Below are positions 45,231 through 51,414 of a stretch of 51,414 nt of DNA, in pieces. The position numbers and the translations under genes are program-made. Origin of the DNA: Candidatus Micrarchaeota archaeon (lineage in GTDB: Archaea > Micrarchaeota > Micrarchaeia > Anstonellales > Bilamarchaeaceae); NCBI GenBank assembly GCA_029557835.1, contig JAKQHW010000011.1:1-51414 (forward strand), written 5' to 3'. How positions within the stretch are numbered: position 1 is the stretch's first letter; the number at the start of each line of letters is the position of its first letter. The notes beneath the pieces are model-generated. The model was not told the origin of the DNA. It saw nothing but the letters and a program-made list of their open reading frames with translations, and ran no database searches.

Positions 45231-46601
45231 TTACTGCCTGCCCATCCCGACTATCTTATCAGGGCTGAACAGCAGGACGCCTTCGGTTTCCTTCAGCGAA
45301 AACCCGCTCCTGGAAAACAAAACCCATACGACCGGCTTTTTGGTGCGGGCAACGAGCGCCTTTGCGGATTCCCGCAGGGAGGAAAGCTCCGCCTCCCCGC
45401 TCTTTTCGCCCGTCCATTTGCAGCCGCCGATGTAGAGCGCCTTGTCTGTTTCCACAACAATATCCACGTCCCTCTGCTCGAATTTTCCCTCCTGCACCTC
45501 AACGGCTCCCCACCACCTGCCGGAGCGGGCAATCTTCTCGTCCCTGCCTTCAAGATGGGATTCCAGAAGGCCCCTGCAGAGGAACTCAAAACGCCTGCCG
45601 AGGAACGCGGCCATCTCCTCTTTTGAGGGCGGAGAGCGCTTCCCATAGACGAGGGAAAACCAGAACGCGATTGTATTGTCGGTTATGGAATACAACCCCT
45701 TCTTGCTCTTCAGGGGGTTCTGGCCGAACGGAACCGTCCGCTCCACCATGCGGAACTCCTTCTGGAGCGCCTTCATGTATTTTGCTAGCGTGGTGGAGCG
45801 CATGCCGAGCTTCTGGGAAATCTCTGCCATGGAAACGTAGCCGCCGTGTATAGCCTCAAGTATCGCGTAATATTTGGAGTACGCGCCGCCGAACTCCTGT
45901 TTCAGGACGTTTTCGCCCTCCTCCCTCAGCTGCGCGCCAGCCTCAAAGAAAAGTGAGCGGATTGCGGCGTGGAATTCCTTTTCCTCCCCTTTCTCGACCA
46001 GCACATAATAATATGGTATCCCGCCGAAAATACAGAAGAACCGTATTTTTTCCTCCAGCTCCCTTATCCCTATTCCATCCAATAATTCCATAACCGTGCT
46101 GAAAGGCAGCGGCGGGAGCAGGATTGTGTTCGTGGCGCGGTTGAAGAGCGGGGCTTTCTGCACGGCGAAAAGCTTGTTCATCATCCCCATGTATGAGCCG
46201 GAGAAGACCAGGAGGATGTCTTTTTTGTCCTTGTACCTGTCCCAGAGCCGCTGCATCTCGTACGGGATTGCCTTGTTCACCTCAAGGACGTTCGGGAACT
46301 CGTCCATGCATACGAGGTCAAAACCGTGCTCGAACATGTATTCCACGGCCTCCCTGAAAGTGCCGAAGGATGGGGAATAACCTGCAACCGCCCTTATCTC
46401 GTCTTCGATATCCTTGGCGACCTGCTTCTCCTCTTTCGGGACTATCAGCACGCTTACCGCCTTCTTCCCCTGTATGAACTCCTCTATTAGCCTGCTCTTG
46501 CCAACCCTCCTCCTGCCGCTTATCACCGCCATGTCCGCTCCATCCCTTGCATATGCCTTCTCAAGGACGGCAAGTTCCTTCTCCCTGTCGTAGAATTTCA
46601 T
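45231..46601 (-). CDS. Archaeal AAA ATPase + winged helix + DUF234-like PD-(D/E)xK domain
   Basis: KFYDREKEL, GRRRVGKS, DEFP, GGIPYY, RWWG...DVDIV...IGGCKW. Confidence 0.9.
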   Translation of the reverse strand: MKFYDREKELAVLEKAYARDGADMAVISGRRRVGKSRLIEEFIQGKKAVSVLIVPKEEKQVAKDIEDEIRAVAGYSPSFGTFREAVEYMFEHGFDLVCMDEFPNVLEVNKAIPYEMQRLWDRYKDKKDILLVFSGSYMGMMNKLFAVQKAPLFNRATNTILLPPLPFSTVMELLDGIGIRELEEKIRFFCIFGGIPYYYVLVEKGEEKEFHAAIRSLFFEAGAQLREEGENVLKQEFGGAYSKYYAILEAIHGGYVSMAEISQKLGMRSTTLAKYMKALQKEFRMVERTVPFGQNPLKSKKGLYSITDNTIAFWFSLVYGKRSPPSKEEMAAFLGRRFEFLCRGLLESHLEGRDEKIARSGRWWGAVEVQEGKFEQRDVDIVVETDKALYIGGCKWTGEKSGEAELSSLRESAKALVARTKKPVVWVLFSRSGFSLKETEGVLLFSPDKIVGMGRQ

Positions 46602-46612
46602 GTTCTCACCAG

Positions 46613-46651
46613 AGTTATCCTGTTGCTGGATAATCCTATGGCAGGATAACT
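46613..46651. promoter_or_regulatory. Inverted-repeat operator candidate between the ATPase TATA box and start codon
   Basis: AGTTATCCTG (46613-46622) / CAGGATAACT (46642-46651), perfect 10-bp arms. Confidence 0.55.
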
Positions 46652-46667
46652 TATTAAATATACCGGC

Positions 46668-46725
46668 TTAACAATAACTTAACATAACTCACGTCGGTGA
46701 GTGGATTATTGTTAAGTATTGTTAA
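46668..46725. repeat. Imperfect AT-rich palindrome
   Basis: TTAACAATAACTTAACATAACTCAC-GTCG-GTGAGTGGATTATTGTTAAGTATTGTTAA. Confidence 0.7.
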
Positions 46726-47056
46726 ATTAATGATGGTCGCCTATTTTATGCATCTAACTGAACAAAAATCCCAATTTCTTTCATTATACTGAAGGCTTTA
46801 GGATACGCGGGCGCTTCGGCCTTCTGTGAATCGTTAAATCTCATTACGTAAAGTTTAAGCTGGATTTATTTGACGAAAACGCCAGGAATGCAATTCTTCC
46901 GTCTTAAAATATTAAGCGGTTTATGATTTAATGCAATTTAATGTAAATGTCGAACCGTCATTAGTAAGTCGCTCCGTTTTAATCATTTACCCTTCGCTCA
47001 GGCGGAAAAGGAGAGAGAATGGAAGCTGTAAAACCTGATTTTGCAGACGTAGTGGC

Positions 47057-47084
47057 TGGAAACCCGAAACTGGAAACTGGAAAC
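47057..47084 (+). repeat. Four tandem 7-mers (TGGAAAC consensus)
   Basis: TGGAAAC CCGAAAC TGGAAAC TGGAAAC. Confidence 0.65.
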
Positions 47085-47097
47085 AAAATCAATGATT

Positions 47098-47169
47098 TGG
47101 GCCCGAAGGGAATCGAACCCTCGATCTCTACCATGTCAGGGTAGCGTCTTACCATTCGACTACGGGCCC
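47098..47169 (-). tRNA. tRNA-Val(GAC)
   Basis: Minus strand GGGCCCG/CGGGCCC-A; CTACC-CTGACAT-GGTAG; T-loop TTCGATT. Confidence 0.95.
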
Positions 47170-47232
47170 TACTCGTAAAGGCTAAGTTCCAACAGATATA
47201 AGGGCGCAAATGGTTTTTAAACGGTTGCAGGG

Positions 47233-47871
47233 TCAGGAAGCCGGGAGCACCTCGACTTCTACCAGCGAGCCAATGTGGAGGCTGAGTTCCGTCATAAGAT
47301 GGACCGGAGCGATTAACTCCACCACAGAAAGGCCGTGCTGGGAGCGCCTCGGGAAGATGACTGCCCCTTCCATTCCGCCTACCCTGCACCGGTACGCCTC
47401 GATGGGGCCGTATGCCTTCCCCTTATGGCTAAACCCTGGTATCTCTATCGGCTTGCGGGTACGGAGCTCAAGCCGCAGTTCGAGGTCTTCGGGGGATACC
47501 TCGATATTGAGGGTGCCGGGATAGGGGGTGAAGCCCAGCCTTTCCTCTATCGCCTTCCTGTAGCCCGGGAGGGACATGTAGAACTTCCCTTCCTTGAAGC
47601 CCCCGACAACCTTCCCGTGGAGGATTATCGGCCCGCCTTCGAAAAGCTTCTTCAGCATGGAAAACTGGGAGAAAAGGGCGCGGGAGGCCTTCCTTGTCAG
47701 CATAATCCCATTTCCGGAACGCTCCGCAAGCCCCTCCATCTCAAGCGAACGGATGCGGACAGAGGCGTTCTGCTGGCTCATGCCGAGAAGGCGCCCAAGC
47801 TCTGCGGTGGTGATGCGGACCGGCCTGCCGAGGGCGCCCTTCCTTGCGAGAAGCAGGATTGCCTCGTCCAT
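47233..47871 (-). CDS. ribK: CTP-dependent riboflavin kinase with N-terminal HTH (RbkR-like)
   Basis: ITTAELG..LGMSQQNAS HTH, G.KEGKFY, LGFTPYPGTLN, ELIAPV.L. Confidence 0.92.
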   Translation of the reverse strand: MDEAILLLARKGALGRPVRITTAELGRLLGMSQQNASVRIRSLEMEGLAERSGNGIMLTRKASRALFSQFSMLKKLFEGGPIILHGKVVGGFKEGKFYMSLPGYRKAIEERLGFTPYPGTLNIEVSPEDLELRLELRTRKPIEIPGFSHKGKAYGPIEAYRCRVGGMEGAVIFPRRSQHGLSVVELIAPVHLMTELSLHIGSLVEVEVLPAS

Positions 47872-47913
47872 GCCTGGAAAATGCGGGAAACGTTTTTAAA
47901 TGCTGAAGGGACT

Positions 47914-48651
47914 ATGCAAAGCGGTGATGGATTGCTCAAATCAGTAGGGGATGCCCTTGAAAACTTCTCGAGGGACCCCGTCGCGTTCATGGTTCCGACG
48001 CTGCTTTACCCGATTATGATGCTGATAACCCTGGGCGCGTTCTCAGGAGTGATGTTGATAGCGTTCCTGCTCCTCACAGTGCTAAAGCTGGGGGGCGACA
48101 TAACAATATATGCGCTCGGGGCGCTCGGGGCCCTGCTCCTCTTCATTTATTCCATTTTGTCTGCGGGATACAAAGGGGCGATGGTCAGCGAGTACAACAA
48201 CGCGACTGAGCAGAGGGAGGTCGGGCTTTCCCATTATATAAACTACGCGACGGCGAATTGCGGGGCGCTGTTCGTGATTTCGCTTGTGAAGATGGTCGTC
48301 GTAGGCTTTGTCGTAATGCCTTTCATACTCCTCTATTACTTCCTCCTATCCGGACTGTGGGACGGATGGACGTATCTCCTGGGGGCGCTTTGGCTGATGC
48401 TGCTGTTCTTCATGGAGTTCCTGTTCTCCTTCTCTTTCACGGCATACGTTGTCAGGAAGGTTTCTCCGATAACTGCGCTGATAATAGGGTTCAATTTCGT
48501 GAGGGAGAAGAACGTGAAGGCGCTGCTTGTGTATGCCTTCTATGCGCTGGTGTTTGCCACTACGCTCATCCCGATAGTAAACCTGGTCGCATACCCGGTG
48601 TTCTACCCGATAGCGTATACCTCGCTAATCCTCTTCTTTAAGGGCAGATAG
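47914..48651 (+). CDS. Hypothetical polytopic membrane protein
   Basis: Multiple hydrophobic helices; ATG 47914 after TTTTTAAA. Confidence 0.75.
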   Translation: MQSGDGLLKSVGDALENFSRDPVAFMVPTLLYPIMMLITLGAFSGVMLIAFLLLTVLKLGGDITIYALGALGALLLFIYSILSAGYKGAMVSEYNNATEQREVGLSHYINYATANCGALFVISLVKMVVVGFVVMPFILLYYFLLSGLWDGWTYLLGALWLMLLFFMEFLFSFSFTAYVVRKVSPITALIIGFNFVREKNVKALLVYAFYALVFATTLIPIVNLVAYPVFYPIAYTSLILFFKGR

Positions 48652-49545
48652 CGCCTTCTCCGCGTATACCGCGGCTATTGAGCCGTCTGAAGCTGCGGTG
48701 CTGACCTGCCTGAGGGGGGTGGAACGAACATCGCCGGCAGCATAAACAAGAGGGAGGCTTGTTTCCATCCTTTCATTTGCGGTTATGTAGCCATCCTTGT
48801 CGAGGGCCAGTTCCCCGGAAAGGAAATCCGTGCTCGGCTCCTGGCCCATGAAGAAGAAGACGCCGTCGACATTCAGCTCCTTTTCCTGCCCGGTTTCGTT
48901 GCTGCGGACAATTATTCCCTGGACACGGCCTTTTCCGTTTATGGAAATTATTTCGGAGCCCATTACCTTCTCTATGTTTGGGCGGTCCGCCTGGGCCTGC
49001 ATTGCCTTCTCAGCCCGGAACCTTTCCCTACGATGTATAAGATAGACCTTTGATGCGAATTTGGAGAGGGTAGCCGCCCCGTCCATTGCGGAGTTGCCGC
49101 CCCCAACGACTGCCACCACCTTGCCCTTGAAGAAGGCGGCGTCACAGGTCGCGCAGTAACTTACACCTCTGCCGTGGAGCTCATTCTCCCCGGGTATCCC
49201 GACCTTCTTCTCCTTCGCGCCGCTTGCGATGATGAGGGCCTTGAAGCTTATGTCGCCCTTGGTAGTCTTTGCTATCTTCTTTTCGAAATCAAGCGAGAGC
49301 ACTTCGGCATTTTCGATTATCCTAGCCCCGAACGCCGCCGCATGGTCCGCCATCCTTTTGCCGAGCTCCGGGCCGGAAACTGACCTGTCCCCAGGCCAGT
49401 TCTCTATTTTGGCTATGGCTGCCAGCTGGCCCCCGACCGGACCCCTCTCGAGGACGCAGGTCTTCCTGCCGCCCCTTGCCGCGTAAAGCGCGGCGGTGAG
49501 GCCCGCGGGGCCTGCCCCGATTACGAGTATTTCGCACTCTTCCAT
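48625..49545 (-). CDS. trxB: Thioredoxin reductase
   Basis: IGAGPAG, GVSYCATCD, VGGGNSA, HRR, AAGDV. Confidence 0.95.
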   Translation of the reverse strand: MEECEILVIGAGPAGLTAALYAARGGRKTCVLERGPVGGQLAAIAKIENWPGDRSVSGPELGKRMADHAAAFGARIIENAEVLSLDFEKKIAKTTKGDISFKALIIASGAKEKKVGIPGENELHGRGVSYCATCDAAFFKGKVVAVVGGGNSAMDGAATLSKFASKVYLIHRRERFRAEKAMQAQADRPNIEKVMGSEIISINGKGRVQGIIVRSNETGQEKELNVDGVFFFMGQEPSTDFLSGELALDKDGYITANERMETSLPLVYAAGDVRSTPLRQVSTAASDGSIAAVYAEKALSALKEED

Positions 49546-49555
49546 CTGAACCGCC

Positions 49556-50359
49556 TCAAATCGGGACGCGCCTTCCGGAGGCGTCCCGCCTGTATTTGCC
49601 GAATTCGGATATCTTTTTCACCAGTTCTTTTTTAATTACCGGGCCCTCGGTGCACATCCGTATGCCCAGAGGGTCCACCGAGCACTGGCCGCACACGCCT
49701 ATCCCGCATTTCATGTAGCGCTCAAGGCTGAGTTCGCACGGGATTTTGGACCCGTCTGAGATTTCCACCACCTTTTTCATCATTATCTCCGGGCCGCAGG
49801 TGCAAATTTTGCCGGACTTGTTTTTCTGCAGGGCGGATTTCAGCAGATCCGTGGCAAAGCCCCTGGAGCCCGCCGAGCCATCGTCTGTGGAAACAGCCAC
49901 CTCCGCCCCGGCCTTCTTCATGCGCTCGGTAAAGAACAGCAGGTCCCTGGTTTTGGCGCCCTGCATATAGAAAACCTTCTTCCCTCTTTTCAGCGCCTCA
50001 TCGGCCAGGAAGGCGAGCGGGGCGCAGCCGCACCCCCCTGAAACGAGCAAGAGCGTTTTCTCCTTCCCGAGCGTGAAATGGGTGCCGAACGGGCCCCGGA
50101 ACCCTGCAAGGTCTCCTGCCTTCAGTTTTATCGCGGCTTTCGAGAATTCGCCAACCGCGGAGACGCTCACCCCGAAGCTTTTTCCGTCGCAGAAGGAGAT
50201 GCTCATGGGCTTCTCGCCGATTCCCGGGACCCAGAGCATGACGAACTGGCCGGGCTTGGCCTTGAGCGGGTAATCGAAATAGATTGTTTTTACCGAGGGG
50301 TTCTCCTGCACCGCACGGGAGATTCTAAGCGTTATGATCGGGTCGTGTTTTTCACTCAT
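49556..50359 (-). CDS. pyrK: Dihydroorotate dehydrogenase electron-transfer subunit
   Basis: PGQFVMLW, RGPFG, TDDGS, CGPE.MM, ERYMKCGIGVCGQC...C.EGPV. Confidence 0.94.
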   Translation of the reverse strand: MSEKHDPIITLRISRAVQENPSVKTIYFDYPLKAKPGQFVMLWVPGIGEKPMSISFCDGKSFGVSVSAVGEFSKAAIKLKAGDLAGFRGPFGTHFTLGKEKTLLLVSGGCGCAPLAFLADEALKRGKKVFYMQGAKTRDLLFFTERMKKAGAEVAVSTDDGSAGSRGFATDLLKSALQKNKSGKICTCGPEIMMKKVVEISDGSKIPCELSLERYMKCGIGVCGQCSVDPLGIRMCTEGPVIKKELVKKISEFGKYRRDASGRRVPI

Positions 50360-51263
50360 GCGCAATCCCCCTCATCTCCCTTATGGAGGAGAAGCCTTCC
50401 TTCTCCATGAACCCCCGCATCTCCCTGCATACCTTTGAGAATACGTCCATCCCACGGTAATAGACCCCTGAGCCGATTGCGGCCGCAGAGGCGCCGGCCA
50501 TGATTAATTCTATTGCGTCCGCTCCGTTGGTGACGCCGCCTGTGCCTATTACGGGCAGCCCGGTGCCCCTGTATAGGTCATAGACGCATTTTACGGCGAT
50601 GGGCTTTATCGCGGGGCCGGATACGCCCCCGCACTTGTTTGAGAGGACGGGCTTTCTTGCACGTATGTCGATTTGCATTCCCGGGCCGATGGTATTGATG
50701 GCGGTTATGCCGTCAGCGCCCGCGGATTTTACGGCGCAGGCAACTTCCACGAGGTCAGGGGTGTTGGGTGAAAGCTTGACGAAAACCGGGATTTTGGTGT
50801 TCCTTTTCGCGGAACGAACTGCCCATTCGGCGGCTGCCGGGTCGTGCGAGAATGGCTTGCCGAACTCGTGGGAGACGTTCGGGCAGGATATGTTCAGTTC
50901 TATGATGGCTGGGTTCGCCTTGCTGATTTCCTTTGCGAGGGTCCCAAAATTTTCGGCCTTGAATTCGACGATTGAGGCAATCACCGGGGCGCCGGAGTTC
51001 TTAACCGCGTATTCTATCTCCGGGATGGAATCCTTTACGCCTGCGTTGGAAAGGCCCACCGCGTTCATCATGCCCTGCGCATAGGTGATTATCACGGGGT
51101 TGGGGTGGCCCTTGCGCGGCTCCAGGGAAATGGATTTGGAGGTGACCGCGCCTGCGCCGTGCCTCGCAACGTTGCACAGGGAGGCGCCGGAAACGCCCAC
51201 TATTCCGGAAGCGAGGATTGTGGGGTTGGATAGCTTCACCCCTGCGAGTTCGGTCTCCAGCAT
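50352..51263 (-). CDS. pyrD: Dihydroorotate dehydrogenase class 1B catalytic subunit
   Basis: NPTILASG, NAVGLSN, ELNISCPN, VKLSPN, GGVSG, IGTGG; ATG at 51263. Confidence 0.95.
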   Translation of the reverse strand: MLETELAGVKLSNPTILASGIVGVSGASLCNVARHGAGAVTSKSISLEPRKGHPNPVIITYAQGMMNAVGLSNAGVKDSIPEIEYAVKNSGAPVIASIVEFKAENFGTLAKEISKANPAIIELNISCPNVSHEFGKPFSHDPAAAEWAVRSAKRNTKIPVFVKLSPNTPDLVEVACAVKSAGADGITAINTIGPGMQIDIRARKPVLSNKCGGVSGPAIKPIAVKCVYDLYRGTGLPVIGTGGVTNGADAIELIMAGASAAAIGSGVYYRGMDVFSKVCREMRGFMEKEGFSSIREMRGIAHE

Positions 51264-51352
51264 CAGGAATAATATGTGATAATTATTTATATGGATTTGC
51301 GTGGGGAGGGGAAAACGCAAAAAGAAGAAAAAGGAAAAATAGGTGAAGAGGG

Positions 51353-51414
51353 CTAGTAGTCGCCCTCGCCGCCCATTCCGCCCATGCCGCCAGGGCCGCC
51401 GGGGGGCATTCCAC
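51353..51414 (-). CDS. C-terminus of a chaperonin (thermosome-like), truncated by window edge
   Basis: GMPPGGPGGMGGMGGEGDY-stop, a GGM tail. Confidence 0.7.
   Translation of the reverse strand, partial: GMPPGGPGGMGGMGGEGDY

Noticed and set aside
47335..47913. N-terminal half of ORF 47335-48651
   Set aside because: Antisense to ribK; the membrane protein begins at 47914 after a TATA-like box.

Overview
GC-rich archaeal chromosome segment. It carries TBP, rpl21e-rpoF-DUF655, Cdc6/Orc1, SepF, fibrillarin, a short Nop5, proteasome beta-aCPSF1, Lhr, PINA, ADP-forming acetyl-CoA synthetase and a bacterial-type GAPDH. This content suggests a DPANN archaeon such as Micrarchaeota (inference only). 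About 55 CDSs, mostly housekeeping, and 7 tRNA genes: Val-UAC, Lys-UUU, Arg-UCG with intron, Pro-UGG, Val-CAC, Met-CAU with intron, Val-GAC. No rRNA, CRISPR array, transposase, integrase or reverse transcriptase was recognised. The most unusual signals are non-coding or sub-genic. (1) A dispersed hairpin-ended repeat family with about 6 copies: five abut tRNA genes and one is flanked by a 26-bp direct duplication. (2) A gene beside tRNA-Val(GAC) whose 3' end is an AAC-codon tract like a diversity-generating retroelement repeat. (3) A C/D-box-like RNA with its own promoter, self-paired guides and a ~105-nt structured insert. (4) A tRNA-Met intron carrying a box-D guide aimed at its own C34. All calls are by eye; no searches were run.
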